Source of the DNA: Mobula hypostoma
Taxonomy: Eukaryota
DNA length: 64,000 bases
NCBI RefSeq assembly: GCF_963921235.1
Contig: NC_086097.1
Coordinates: 81,718,001-81,782,000 of the forward strand
Direction of reading: 5' to 3'
Shown here: positions 12,928-26,711 of the stretch, piece after piece
Layout of the letters: each line of letters begins with the position of its first letter
Position numbering within the stretch: the stretch's first letter is position 1
The notes under the pieces: model-generated
What the model saw: the letters and a program-made list of their open reading frames with translations, nothing else
Told to the model about the DNA's origin: nothing
Databases searched by the model: none
Translations under genes and position numbers: made by a program

Positions 12928-13660
12928 AATAACCTTCTCATGGAATATATTTTTAAAAAGTCATAGAACTTTCACCTTCCTGTATGAGCTCTAGCAGCCA
13001 AATATCCTCTGATAACAACCTGAAACACTGACTATTAAAAACCAGAAGCATTTCCTGCACTTAGTCATCCTGTTGTATTTGAACAGTCACTAGTTAACAC
13101 ATGTGAAGGGGTGTCAGGTGTACTGCCTTATTATAGAAGTAGGATAATTGTCTTTAGTACATCTGTCCTTGTCGATCTTAAAACATTCATTGAAGGCAAT
13201 TAGTTATGTTCTAAGTAGTGCAAGAGCCTATATTAATACAGTTTACAGACCGAGACAGCTCATAAAGAGGTCAGCATTCATTAAATATTAACCCCAGGAG
13301 CAAATCTTCACCATTTTCTGTTTTTTATTAGAGTATTAAATATTTTATGAGAAAATGTATCTAAACATAGTTCACGTATTCAGATCACATTCTAACGTAC
13401 ACTTGTGCCATCCTGTACAGCCTCATCTTTCTTTAAAAAATGAACAAGATATGGCATGAACTCTTGCACATTGAGTGAGAAGTTTGCTCACAATGGTTAC
13501 TACCTGAAATCCTTTGGTTAGGTTTGAAGCACCCTGAACTCTTCCCTTGGGACTCCTGACACATTTTGGGCTAACTGTTGCCCAGAGATTTTCTGGTTAA
13601 AGGGATTCCTCTGTAGGTTATTTCCAAAATTCCACTTCCACACAGTGAGTACAACTTTAC

Positions 13661-13836
13661 CAGCGTGAGCAGACCAGGTTCCTCCTTGAAGAGGACAAGT
13701 AAAAACTCAGAGATTTACAGACATCTGGTGTTTCTAAATTTTGGTTCCACACCTCCCGGGAAAAGCAACCACTAGATTCAGCATAAGGTTTGGAGATGCT
13801 GCTTTTTATTATGTATGGAGTCTTGTATCTAGTACA
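13661..13836 (-). CDS. Candidate host-gene coding exon (Cys-containing, product unknown)
   Basis: Strong acceptor ttattttccactttgtgcttacag, donor CTG|gtaaag. Only the phase-0 frame is open (CTRYKTPY...RRNLVCSR). No repeat similarity noticed. Confidence 0.45.
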
Positions 13837-14049
13837 CTGTAAGCACAAAGTGGAAAATAACTTCCAGTAATAGTCAGTGTTATTTCGAATGAGCTAACAC
13901 AGAAGAATCAGGAGTATCTCACACTTAATCATCAAGCTCGTTATGGTTATAATAAGAGGAAGCATTCCAGTTATCTAATTACTATCTAGTTTCTGGCAAC
14001 TAAAACCTTCTCCCTATTTCTATACTCCTTAACTGCAGATTTTAAAACA

Positions 14050-14812
14050 AGCAACAGACACAAAATGCTGGAGGAACTCAGCAGGCTAGGCAGCATCTAT
14101 GGAAAAGAGTAAAAGTCAAAGTTTCGGGCCGAGACCCTTCCACAGGACTGGAGAAAAAGATAAGAAGTCAATGCAAGAGGGTGGGGGGAGGGGAGGAAGA
14201 AGTACAAGGTGGAGGGTGACAGGTGAAACCTGGGGGGGGGGAGTTTCAGTAAAGAGATAGGAAGTTGATTAGTGAAAGAGCTAAAAGGCTGGAGAAGGGG
14301 TAATCTGATAGGAGAGGGTAGAAGACCACGAAGAAAAGGAATGGGGAAGAGCAACAAAGGGAGGTGATGGGCAGGTGAGGAGATAAGGTGTGAGAGGGAA
14401 ACAGGAATAGGGAAGGAGAGGGGGGGTCAAATTACAGGAAGTTTGAGAAATCGATGTTCATGCCATTAGGTTGGAGGCTACCCAGATAGAGTATAAGATG
14501 TTGCTCCTTCAACCTGAGTGGCCACTGGGAGATCCCGCTTTTCTGGCGGATGGAGCGTAGGTGCTCGGCGAAGTGGTCTCACTGATATACAGGAGGCCAC
14601 ACTGGGAGTACCGGATAGAGTAGATGACCCCAACAACTCACAGGTGAATTGTCGCCACACCTGGAAGGATTGTTTGGGGCCCTAATTTAAGTGTCATCTA
14701 TGTTCTCCTATCAGATTCCGCCTTTCTCCAGCGCATTATCTCTTTCACCAATCAACTTCCCAGCTCTTTGCTTTACCCGTCTCCCCCTCCTGGTTTCACC
14801 TATCACCTACCA
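14050..14812 (-). mobile_element. Penelope-like element 3' part with a short inverted terminal segment (~14695-14812)
   Basis: GIY-YIG remnant (QFTCE...LLYISE), terminal repeat with a degenerate hammerhead near 14112-14150. Confidence 0.75.
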
Positions 14813-15435
14813 GGGATGACAGTGGCTGCCTTGAAGCATGTGGAGACAGCAGCCTGGATAAGTGAAGTTTTGAAAATGCCGTGAAGACGTCAGTGAACTT
14901 GTGTGTACTCGGCCTGAAAGGTTGTCTGGCCCGGCTGCTTTGCGGGGGTTGACCTTCTCACACTTGTCTCTGTGACAGACAGAAGGAGCTCACCTGGGTG
15001 GTGGGGTGGAGGGGTGTAGCTTTCATGGCTGGTGTTGCGTTGCATGCACAGACTTGAAGGCAGCATCCTGGGCTTTTATTAGGGTGTACACTTCTGTGTT
15101 CAGCCAGGGCTGTGAGATGACCGTTCATGAAACACCAATGTCGTCTACACACGTACTGTCGTAGTTGACACCCAATGAAGCACATTCTTCACCATCTGTG
15201 TCTACTTAATTTGTGGTGGCCTCCTTGAACATCTGCCAGTTGGTCTGTTCAAAACAGTCCTGAAGCATAGAGGTTGCCTCATTAGGCCCCACAGTGATGG
15301 TCCTCTTGACTGGGTTCTCCATTTTCATCAGCAGTCAGTATACTGGGATTAACATTATGGAGATGTGGTCAGAGAGGGCAAGATGAAGCATAGGATGGCT
15401 TTGTAAGTACTGCATCTGTTTGTATAACCATGGTT
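14813..15435 (-). mobile_element. Rex1/Babar LINE ORF fragment
   Basis: Minus-strand QDCFEQTNWQMFKEAT and SDHIS motifs. Confidence 0.6.
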
Positions 15436-16429
15436 AAAAGTGGCGTTAATAAACTCCTTTCAGCATTTCTCCGTTCTCTGTAGAGTTTATTCATTTAGCA
15501 ATGAGAATAAATTAAACTAGCAATACAGGATGACCTTCACTAATCTGACTACCTGTAATTTCGTTCCTTCGATAATCTGGCACTGATTATGCTTAATGTG
15601 ATCTTTCTGTATTTCAGCATTTTCACTAATCCGGCACTCCTCAGGTCCCAATGGTGCCAGATTAGTGAAGGTCGACCTGTACTAAATGAATTACTACTTG
15701 GTGGGCACTCATCATTCAGATATATTGAGGGAAAGGTAAGACCGTATCCCAAATTATCACTACCTCAGAAATTCAAATTCACATCCAGTGGGGAATATAT
15801 ATGTTCAGTTATCTAAATAATTTGGGATAAAAATTATTACCATTGATGGTGGTTATGATTAGATTGTTGTCAAAAAAGCATTTACTTGACAAATAGAATC
15901 ATCGATATTGAATTTCACGAATAAGTGCTAGTTTTCTGAGAGCTCCTCCCACTCCTCATCCTGCTGTTGTTGCATTCATTACATTCATTTGTCAGAGGTA
16001 TTGTCTGCCTTCAAGCTGTTTCAATGACATCCGCAATAACAGAACTGCTGGCTATCCTAGATGAAGCTGAGTAAAGCTTCCTCCACATTTTTCCATGGAA
16101 CACCCCTCTGGCAGATATTCCTCAACAGGCTATGAACATATCTCCCAAGGCCTGCAAACTAACCTATTCATGGCGAGAGGAAGCACAACTTTTTTTTTAA
16201 CATGCTGGTTTGAATGAAAATTGTACTGTGCCTTGGCCTCATTTAAGAGAGTTTGTTAATTTTAAAATACAGTTTGTACATTCATATATTTTTATGCAAA
16301 AAAAGACAAAAAATGATGCAAAAAAGTCACTCAAATACTTTTTTAAACCACCGGCATGTTTTTAATTTACTATATGTAAGGGTATCTTAAAGGTGTTCAA
16401 GTGTTTGGATGTATGTTGGCTGAATAGAA

Positions 16430-19400
16430 TGATAAAATGATCCATCTTGCGATGCACTCAGCCACAGCATCAGTGATGTAAGCTGGGGTCATAGAGTGTT
16501 TCAGGCCTTTCAACATCAGACACCCTCGATCGGGCGACACAGCCGGGGTGTCCAGGCCCTGACTTGTGTCTGAGTAGCATTCTGCCATGGATCACTCCTC
16601 CTGATCCACAGCCATCATCTGCTACCTCTTTGTTTCCTGATGGCTTTTCTCTTCTGGGCTCCTGAAATGCCCATCTGGCTGTAGATTCGGTAGAGGATTG
16701 ACCAGCAATCCCTCTGCAGCTCTCCTCTATGTGCATAGAATGGGCCTGGCACCCCTTGCTGCAGCACTCCTTCACCAAGTCTTGGTACTTCGTCTTTTTC
16801 CTTTCATAGGCCTCCTCCATCCGGTCTTCCCAAGGAATGGTCAGCTCTAAACGTGACCACTATGTCTGGCCTAAGCATGGTCAAGGAGATGTGCTGAGGG
16901 ACTCTGAGCTGTTTCCCTTGGTCAACACTCAATTGCCAGTCCTTTGCTGTTCCAAGAAGGCCGGCATGCTCCTTGGATTGGGTTTGACCCTTCTCCCCTG
17001 CCTTGATAAAAACAATTGCTTGCTTCTCTGGGCAGTGATGTTTGGCCTGGGCGATGGCTATGCACAAGGGGTCTGCCACAGTCTTCAGCACCTGGTCATA
17101 GTGCTAACGATGATGCTGCTCCCCCAGAACTTTTGATCAGCAGCTGAGGATGTGCTCTAGTGTCCCCTTCCCTCGGCACGGGGAGCATGCTGGTGTTTCA
17201 GCCTTGCCCAAGCAATAGAGGCACACTGGGCTTGGCAAGACGTCATAGACCAACCAGATCAAGAACTTGATGCGGTGGGGTTCAGCTCACCAAATTTCCA
17301 CCCGCAAGGTGTGCCCCATTACCTGGTCCCATCTTGTCCATGCACCTTGTTGCCATTTGCCAACAATCTTGCTGGCACATAGCTCCTCCACAGCAGCTCA
17401 CACCTCCTGGTGGACCAACTGGCGCCTCGCTCTTTCTTGCACCTTATCACAGCGGACTGTTGGGAAGCGACCCAGGAGCCCCCCGTCCCCCGTCCCAATG
17501 GCACTGAGCCCACCAGCTCACCATGGCACAGCCGTGCTTCGGTTCGCTCAGCTGCATCCTGTGCCCCCCAATAGCCCGTCCTCACTTCAATGCCAACGTG
17601 TGAGAGCTCTGGGTCGCTCGACTCTCTGTATTGCGCCACTTCTCTTGCACGGGTGACCATGAACTCCTCGCTCACACTGCTGATGGGGAGCTTCAGTCTG
17701 GTTTTCTCCTCTTAGGCTCCTAGGCAGACCCAGCCACCCACATAGGTGCTGGCTGATTTTTCTCTCAAAGGTCTCAACTGTTGACAGTGGGACATCAAAG
17801 ACTAGCAGTGGCCACAGAATCCAAGGGAGAATTCCATGCTGGTAAATCCAAGCCTTGAATTTACCCAGCAGCCCTGACTAGTCCACAGCAGACAGCCATT
17901 GCTGCAGTTCTTCCCCGGCTGCTTTGATGGATGCAGTGACCTTCGGTGAGCTGTTAAACGTCTTGCCAAGGCTCTTCATGGGCTTCTCAGATAGGCTTGG
18001 AAATTGGGTATCTCCCAGGTTAAAGCAGAATTTGTCAGCCACCTTTCCTCTCTTAAGTACCAAAGATCTGGATTTCTTCGAATTGAAATTCATCCTTGCC
18101 CAAGCTATGAGCTTCTCCATACTCTGGGGGATCTATCTGCATCCCGGCACTGGCATTGTTGTTACAGTCAGGTCACTCATGAATGCTCTTATAGGTGGTT
18201 GACAGACACCAGACCTGGACAATGGGCCTCTGCACTCTACCTCTGCTGACTTGGCCAACACGTTCATCAACAAGGAGAGGATGATCATAGACACTGTACA
18301 TCCCGTTATGATCCCCTTCTCAAGACAATGCCAGTCAGATGTGACTGTCCCAGAGGTGACTCTTAGATTGAAATTACTGTTGTAGTCCAGAATGGGCTCC
18401 CTGTTCCTGTTTGGGACATGGAGGTGCTTGAGAGTGACTTCAATCAGCTTAAGCAGTATGGAACCATATGCATTTGTAAGGTCCAGCCAGAGCAGGAGGA
18501 GATCTCCTTTGCCTTCCTGTGCTTCTCTGATCAACTGAGAGATCACTCCTGTATGCTGTAAGTACCCTGGAGCCCGTACCATCCCACCCTTCTTCAGGAG
18601 ATAATGGTTCTTCAGGAGGTACTCCACTAGGCGTTGGGCGATGACACCGAAAAATATCTTCCCCTCAACACTAAGCAGTGAGATGACTCAAAACGGCTTG
18701 ATGTTCTTGGAGATCTCCTCCTAGGGAATCCAGACACCATCTGCAAATCTCCATTGGTGGGCCACCTCTCCCCCTCCTCCAAAGCACCCTGAAGATCCTT
18801 AACAGTCTATAAAAAAGTTTGGGACACCACTTGTATCGCCGGTACGGTACTCCACTTGGTCCAGGTGCTGAACTTGCCCTAGTTGTTCTTACTATTTCTT
18901 GAACCTCATTCAAGCTGGGCTCCTTGCTGTCGAACTCAGTAGTAGGTGCTGGAGGACTTATCAGGCCCCTGCATGCCCCCAAGTCTTGCTCCTTGGTTGC
19001 ATCTGCATTGGAGTCCTAGAGATGCTGATCAATCAGCTGTCCACTCTACTTTGACCCAAGAAGCTTTTAGTGAAGCTAAATAGATCAGCTATGAAGCAGC
19101 CCTCTTTCTGGCCCTCTCCCTCCTGCATCGCCTGTGCCGTTCTGCCCTGCGAAGGCTGAGGAGCTTCTTCCTCATGATGTTACAAAGCTCTTGCAGTGCT
19201 TCCTTCTCCTCCTCTGCTACCTCCATGAATTTCCATTTAAATGACCTCAGCTCCTGTCTCAACTGGCTGGTCTTGTTGGCCCTCCGGTTCATCGCATAGG
19301 GTGTGCTCACCCGATGCTTCTCCTCTACGCCAAACCTCTCTGCAGCAAAACTGACAATGATCACTGACATGAACTTGAGCCTTCTATCTCCATCCCCTCC

Positions 19401-19815
19401 TGAAGCATCAAGTATCTTCTCCACATCATCATCAAACTGATGCCACTCAGCCCCCTTGTTTGCCAGAGACCACTTCACCCAGCAATGTTCTGATGCTATG
19501 GTTAATCTTGGGGTTTTAGGTACAAGGAGGTTCTGGATGCTGTGGGGCGAATCCGGGCCTAGCTCCTACTGCATCTCACCAGGGGTGATCCCTGTGCACA
19601 GTACCTGCTGTTCCTTGCTCAAATATCTGATGGATCCTCAGACTGTGTGGATTCTTACAAACTTTGCCGCAGACACATTCCATTCTTGTAGTTGGTTGAT
19701 CGTTAGCACGTGTCTCCATCCATAGGTCCATCCGGTCAGTGTTCCCATTCTCCCATCCTCTTGGGCTTCCCTAGGGGTATACTTCTTTAGAACATTCTGC
19801 AGCTTTGTTTGGAAA
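16430..19815 (-). mobile_element. Hero-type (R2/NeSL group, RLE) non-LTR retrotransposon, near full-length, decayed
   Basis: N-terminal CVCGKVCKN..GL.IH zinc finger. RT: APGPSGVPY, LWLDLTNAYGS, GIITGCTVS, PIRAFMSDLT, WARMNF. CCHC region LEHILSC. RLE: RPDIV...EEAYERKKTKY. Confidence 0.9.
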
Positions 19816-20680
19816 ATTGATTTTTTTTTTGGAGTTCCTTGGTTCCTTTGGATTTTTATATGTTCAATTTTATTAAAGGATTCAAGTACTTCTGAATGTT
19901 TCAGAAATCTCAAATGTCTGTTAATGCCCTGAGAGCCAACCATGGGCAGGTTTTGATTCACCATGAAGGGCTTCTCTCTATTGCTGTTCGATATTCTCAT
20001 GGGAAGGATTGCTCTAGAGTAAATGCAATGGCACTCAATGGTACAATATTGCATCTGTTGGAGTTCAATGATAAATGCTGTCCGAGAGTTATTCAGCTCA
20101 GGGCTATGACTCTATCTTTGTCAATCACCTCTGCCCAACCAGTAGTGAGGATAGGAGAAAGTGCATCAGTATGGTAGAGCCAAATAACTGCTTAATTTTG
20201 ACGCAAGTTGACAGCGTTATTCAGATAGGAATACCTGCTATAGGCCTGCCACCAACATTCACTGCAAGTCGACAGACTCGCAGTTACCTTGACGATACTC
20301 CTTTATGTCCTGCCTCCTGGAGGGGCCCTATTTCATTCTCTTACAGAACTTGACATGTGGAAATATCATTAATTGGTTTCCGCATCATAGATTCTCTTGC
20401 TTTCTCCATAGATACTGACTGAGTTACTGGATATCTCTCACATTTTGTTTATTATAATTTCTCTCTATCTTTTTCTGTCATTTCTTGAATAGGGGCATTA
20501 ACCTTGCAGTTTTTCAATCAAGTCACGATGTTCCAGGATATAGGGGATTTGCATGATCTCAGCTAATGCATCCACTGTTATGTTTTGTAATTTACAAACA
20601 TTAAATGAATTCAAAGAAAGATGCAGGAGTCCAAAAATATGATTGTAGTTCGAGGTTACTTTAAGTGAGGCATGCACATA

Positions 20681-23594
20681 TCATAGAACATAGAACATAG
20701 AATAGTACAGCACAGTACAGGCCCTTCGGCCCACAATGTTGTGCCGACCCTCAAACCTGCCTCCCATATAAGCCCCCACCTTAGATTCCTCCATATACCT
20801 GTCTAGTAGTCTCTTAAACTTCACTAGTGTATCTGCCTCCACCACTGACTCAGGCAGTGCATTCCACGCACCAACCACTCTCTGAGTAAAAAACCTTCCT
20901 CTAATATCCCCCTTGAACTTCCCATCCCTTACCTTAAAGCCATGTCCTCTTGTATTGAGCAGTGGTGCCCTGGGGAAGAGGCACTGGCTATCCACTCTAT
21001 CTATTCCTCTTATTATCTTGTACACCTCTATCATATCTCCTCTCATCCTCCTTTTCTCCAAAGAGTAAAGCCCTAGCTCCCTTAATCTCTGATCATAATG
21101 CATACTTTCTAAACCAGGCAGCATCCTGGTAAATCTCCTCTGTATCCTTTCCAATGCTTCTACATCCTTCCTATAGTGAGGTGACCAGAACTGGACACAG
21201 TACTCCAAGTGTGGCCTAACCAGAGTTTTATAGAGCTGCATCATTACATCGCAACTCTTAAACTCTATCCCTCGACTTATGAAAGCTAACACCCCATAAG
21301 CTTTCTTAACTACCCTATCCACCTATGAGGCAACTTTCAGGGATCTGTGGACATGTACCCTGAGATCCCTCTGCTCCTCCACACTACCAAGTATCCTGCC
21401 ATTTACTTTGTACTCTGCCTTGGAGTTTGTCCTTCCAAAGTGTACCACCTCACACTTCTCCGGGTTGAACTCCATCTGCCACTTCTCAGCCCATATCTGC
21501 ATCCTATCAATGTCTCTCTGCAATCTTCGACAATCCTCTACACTATCTACAACACCACTAACCTTTGTGTCGTCTGCAAACTTGCCAACCCACCCTTCTA
21601 CCCCCACATCCAGGTCGTTAATAAAAATCACGAAAAGTAGAGGTCCCAGAACAGATCCTTGTGGGACACCACTAGTCACAATCCGCCAATCTGAATGTAC
21701 TCCCTCCACCACGACCCTCTGCCTTCTGCAGGCAAGCCAATTCTGAATCCACCTGGCCAAACTTCCCTGGATCCCATGCCTTCTAACTTTCTGAATAAGC
21801 CTACCGTATGGAACCTTGTCAAATGCCTTACTAAAATCCATATAGATCACATCCACTGTACTACCCTCATCTATATGCCTGGTCACCTCCTCAAAGAACT
21901 CTATCAGGCTTGTTAGACACAATTTGCCCTTCACAAAGCCATGCTGACTGTCCCTGATCAGACCATGATTCTCTAAATGCCTATAGATCCTATCTCTAAG
22001 AATCTTTTCCAACAGCTTTCCCACCACAGACGTAAGGCTCACTGGTCTATAATTACCCGGACTATCCCTACTACCTTTTTTGAACAAGGGAACAACATTC
22101 GCCTCCCTCCAATCCTCCGGTACCATTCCCGTGGACAACGAGGACATAAAGATCCTAGCCAGAGGCTCAGCAATCTCTTCTCTCGCCTCGTGGAGCAGCC
22201 TGGGGAATATTCCGTCACGCCTCGGAGACTTATCTGTCCTAATGTATTTTAACAACTCCAACACCTCCTCTCCCTTAATATCAGCATGCTCCAGAACATC
22301 AACCTCACTCATATTGTCCTCACCATCATCAAGTTCCCTCTCATTGGTGAATACCGAAGAGTAGTATTCATTGAGGACCTCGCTCACTTCCACAGCCTCC
22401 AGGCACATCTTCCCACCTTTATCTCTAATCGGTCCTACCTTCACTCCTGTCATCCTTTTTTTCTTCACATAATTGAAGAATGCCTTGGGGTTTTCCTTTA
22501 CCCTACTCACCAAGGCCTTCTCATGCCCCCTTCTTGCTCTTCTCAGCCCCTTCTTAAGCTCCTTTCTTGCTTCCCTATATTCCTCAATAGACCCAGCTGA
22601 TCCTTGCTTCCTAAACCTCATGTATGCTGCCTTCTTCCTCCTGACTAGATTTTCCACCTCACTTGTCACCCATGGTTCCTTCACTCTACCATTCTTTATC
22701 TTCCTCACCGGGACAAATTTACCCCTTACGTCCCGCAAGAGATCTCTAAACATCGACCACATGTCCATAGTACATTTCCCTGCAAAAACATCATCCCAAT
22801 TCACACCCGCAAGTTCTAGCCTTATAGCCTCATAATTTGCCTTTCCCCAATTAAAAATTTTCCTGTCCTCTTTGATTCTATCCTTTTCCATGATAATTAT
22901 AAAGGCCAGGGAGCAGTAGTCACTGTCCCCCAGATGCTCACCCACTGAGAGATCTGTGACCTGACCCGGTTCATTACCTAGTACTAGACCTAGTATGGCA
23001 TTCTCCCTGGTCGGCCTGTCCACATACTGTGACAGGAATCCATCCTGGACACACTTAACAAATTCTGCCCCATCTAAACCCTTGGAACTGATCAGGTGCC
23101 AATAAATATTAGGGAAGTTAAAGTCACCCATGATAACAACCCTGTTATTTTTTCACCTTTCCAAAATCTGCCTCCCAATCTGCTCCTCTGCATCTCTGCT
23201 GCTACCAGGGGGCCTATAGAATACCCCCAGTAGAGTAACTGCTCCCTTCCTGTTCCTGACTTCCACCCATATTGACTCAAAAGAGGATCCTGCTACATTA
23301 CCCACCCTTTCAGTAGCTGTAATAGTATCCCTGACCAGTAATGCCACCCCTCCTCCCCTTTTTCCCGCCCTCTCTATCCCTTTTAAAGCACTGAAATCCA
23401 GGAATATTAAGAATCCATTCCTGCTCTGGTGCCAGCCAAGTCTCTGTAATGGCTACTACATCATAATTCCATGTATGTATCCAAGCTCTCAGTTCATCAC
23501 CTTTGTTCCTGATGCTTCTTGCATTGAGGTACACACATTTCAGCCCTTCTACCTTACTGTCTTTGCACCATTTATTCTGCTTCTCTTTCCTCAA
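20681..23594 (-). pseudogene. CR1 ORF2 (AP endonuclease plus reverse transcriptase), disrupted
   Basis: YLNARSI, ITETWL, GDFNFP, YRPVSLTS, GVPQGSVLGP, FADD. Frameshift/stop near 23130-23350 and a TAG at 21323-21325. Confidence 0.92.
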
Positions 23595-24787
23595 AGCCTT
23601 CTCTGTATGTTAGATCTGGCTTTACTCCATGCACTTCTTTCACTGCTCTATCGCTCTGGGTCCCATCCCCCTCGCAAATTAGTTTAAACCCTCCCGAACC
23701 ATGCTAGCAAACCTACCTGCAAGGATATTGCTCCCCCTCGATTTCAGGTGCAACCCATCCAAACTAACAGGTCCCACCTTCCCCAGAAGAGATCCCAATA
23801 ATTTAAAAATCTAAAACCCTGCTCCCTGCACCAACTCCTCAGCCACGCATTCAACTGCAATCTCTTCCAATTCTTACCATCTCTGTCACGTAGCGCTGGC
23901 AGCAATCCTGAGAAAGTCACCCTTGAGGTCCTGTTCTTCAGCCTTCTGCCTAATTCCCGAAACTCACACTTCAGGACCTCATCCCTCTTCCTGCCTATGT
24001 CGTTGGTCCCAACATGTATCACGACTTCTGGTTGCTTTCCTTCTTGTACCAGGATGTCGTGCACCCGGTCAGAGACATCCTGGACCCTGACACCCGGGAG
24101 GCAACAAACCATGCGGGTGTCCTTCTCATGTCCACAAAATCTCCTGTCTGCTCCCCTGACTATAGAGTCTCCAATGATGACAGCTCTCCTCTTCTGTGTC
24201 CCACCCTTCTGCACCACAGGGTCAGAATCAGTGCCGGAGGCCCTGCCACAGTGGCTCACACCTGGTAGGTCGTCCCCGCCAACAGTATCCAGGACGGTAA
24301 ACTTATTACTCAGGGGAATGGCTACAGGGGTGCTCCGCACTACCTGTCTGCTCACCTTCGCTTTCCCCCCTCTGACTGTCACCCAACGACCCGCTTCCGA
24401 CAGCCTAGGTGTGACTACCTCCCTGTAGCTCTCATCTATGACTGCCTCATTCTCCCTTGTGAGTCTAAGGTCATCCAGCTGCTGCTCCAGATTCCTTACA
24501 CGGTCTTCCAGATCGCCCAGCCGTATGCACTTCTGGCAGATGTGACTCTGCGGGAGAGGGGCGTTCCCCCAAGACTGCCACATCTCACATGAGAGGCACA
24601 TCACTGTCTCAGGGGACATTGTAAAAACTAACTGCGAGCTAGCTTGTCCTCCACCTCTTCTCGTCGAAGCCTCTCGAGTCAAAGCCCCAAAGCTCCACTC
24701 CTTCACTGGCCCACTCACGCTCTGGCCGCTTTCCACTGGCCGCTTCGCTTGAGCTATCCCTCTATTTATCTGTTTGAGCTTTTCAAA
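20682..24787 (-). mobile_element. Full-length young CR1 LINE
   Basis: 5' UTR, ORF1, APE-RT ORF2 with few lesions, 3' UTR and (TTCTATG)n tail. Confidence 0.95.
23744..24619 (-). CDS. CR1 ORF1p: zinc finger/coiled coil plus SGNH esterase-like domain
   Basis: CLSC..CQKC, coiled coil LEDRVRNLEQQL, IIGDSIVRG, HVGTND. Likely start MSPETV; C-terminus probably frameshifted. Confidence 0.85.
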   Translation of the reverse strand: MSPETVMCLSCEMWQSWGNAPLPQSHICQKCIRLGDLEDRVRNLEQQLDDLRLTRENEAVIDESYREVVTPRLSEAGRWVTVRGGKAKVSRQVVRSTPVAIPLSNKFTVLDTVGGDDLPGVSHCGRASGTDSDPVVQKGGTQKRRAVIIGDSIVRGADRRFCGHEKDTRMVCCLPGVRVQDVSDRVHDILVQEGKQPEVVIHVGTNDIGRKRDEVLKCEFRELGRRLKNRTSRVTFSGLLPALRDRDGKNWKRLQLNAWLRSWCREQGFRFLNYWDLFWGRWDLLVWMGCT

Positions 24788-26367
24788 ATGTTAGCATGAG
24801 GACACATGCAATTCATGTACTTTTACATATAACCCATAATGAATTATTTAAGCAAATGGAAAGCTTAACCAAACAATATATAATACACGATTACTCAAAT
24901 ATTATTGAAATATCAAATACTTAACACTCCTCCCTGCTTAGCTATAAATTTTAACTCGATAGAGAACACAACTCAACTATATACACAGTACGCTATATAA
25001 TACAACCACTATATAGACATCCACAGCATAGTAAATTTTAACTTGTTCCATTCAGGCCTAAAGATTTAATTGCTGTGGAGGATTTCTTACTCTAGTGGGA
25101 TACCTTCTTTCCTGACTTTGCCTGCAAGTGAGATTTGTGGCTTTGAAAACAATCTGACGTACTGGGGTCTCCTCCATGGTGGTTGTAGGAGATAGGTGAC
25201 TCTGAGACTGCAGGAAGTGGTTCTATAGCTCTGGACACCCTTCTTCTCTTTTCCTCTCTCCGGGTCTACTTTGATCCTTTTTTTTCTTTCTCATCTTCCT
25301 TCTCACCTTCACACCATTCCCTTTCTCATTCTCATTCGTTCTCTCCATCTCTTCCCTCTTTTTTCTTCTTCTAGTTTGTGCATCTTGATCTTGGGAAGAT
25401 CTATTTCATTCACTAGAATATTCCCTTATTTATCGTTCTATTGCTTCTTTTACAGTCTGACCTCCCACCTTGATTTCCTCATCCACGACATCATCTGACA
25501 AATCCTCTGTTTTCATATCTGTATCGACGCCTTTCTTTTTGGCCTTCCATTCATCCAGCTGGGCTTTAGTCTTTACACCTACCTTTGCAAGCAGTCTTTT
25601 TGTCTCCCACTTGAAGTTCATGCAATAACCTTAACGCACCCAAAGTAGCTTCTGATTCTTCATACTCACAAAAGCTGGATCCTTACAACTTCCTTGAAGC
25701 TCCTTGAATTCTCTTCTAGCTTAAAACCAAGCCACATTTTGCAACTAACACATCAGTAGCTTTCTCAGATACTTACCTATGAAAAGAGCTGTAGTCGGAC
25801 CAGAGCTTTCGTCACTTTCATGATTCCTCTGAGCAGTATGGTCCTTGCTTGGTCAAATAGGTTTTCCAGCCAGACGCACATGGGTTGGTACAAACACTTG
25901 TTTGTCCTCTGATGGGTAACAACTCATGGTGTACAGCATGGAGACAATTTTGACATCATCCAATACCTTTCTTTCAGTTGGCTTCAATGCAGGGAATGTA
26001 GCAGGGAAATGGTGGATGGATCTCCAATCATGCCCTCACAATGCTGGTCCTTCTGTTTTCACCACGTACAAGCTCAATGTGGCTTGTTGTATTTCACTGT
26101 TATGGATGTCATTCCCACAGGAGTTATCTTTTCTCCAGTATAAAGTTCTTAATGGATTTCTGCAGGCTTTAATTTAGTATCTTTGAAATGCAGTTCAAAC
26201 TCATTTTATGGAATGACTGAAATAGCTGAACTAGTGTCCAATTCCATTTTAATTAATTTGCCGTTCACTTCTGGTGTAAGCCGTATTGCTTGTCTCTTGT
26301 TATTTTTCACATTGTAAATCTCAAGGCTACACAGTCCTGTGTCACTCTCATCATTATCAGATCTTTC

Positions 26368-26711
26368 TTTCTTTTTAAATCTTTTTATTGAATAAGTATA
26401 CCAAAAGGTAAGCCATATAAACATTAATACAATGTTAAAATATAATAAAATTACAGAAGGTATCAATACCAAAAAAATACTACAAACAATGTAATTTAAA
26501 CATAAGAAACCAAGATAACATAATAGTATACTAAATTTTATATATATATCAATAGAAAAAAAGAAAAAAAAACCCCAAAAAAAACCCACCGTGCAACTAA
26601 CTAAAAGCAAAGCAAAGCAATGGGCTAACTTGAAACCAAACAGAGTTAAACTTAAAATCACGTCCTCAATCCCGACCTCCATTAAAAACAGTGAAAAAAA
26701 ACAAGAAGGGT
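26368..26711 (-). mobile_element. 5'-truncated L1/Tx1-like 3' end
   Basis: 9-bp TSD AGATCTTTC (26359-26367, 26712-26720); AATAAA and A-rich tail on the minus strand. Confidence 0.7.

Noticed and set aside
15570..15740. Exon-like segment (tttcag...AAGgtaag)
   Set aside because: Overlaps TAATCCGGCAC/GTGCCAGATTA inverted motifs typical of a Tc1/pogo-like MITE remnant
21323..21325. In-frame TAG in CR1 ORF2 as programmed readthrough
   Set aside because: The sister copy at ~52572 has CAG, so this is a simple C>T mutation
21347..22835. Numerous antisense ORFs over CR1 RT (also 54133-54837)
   Set aside because: Shadow ORFs of the RT coding strand
26206..26682. Hydrophobic 158-aa ORF as a membrane/env protein
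   Set aside because: Chance fusion of a T-rich L1-like 3' UTR with the Gypsy protease start
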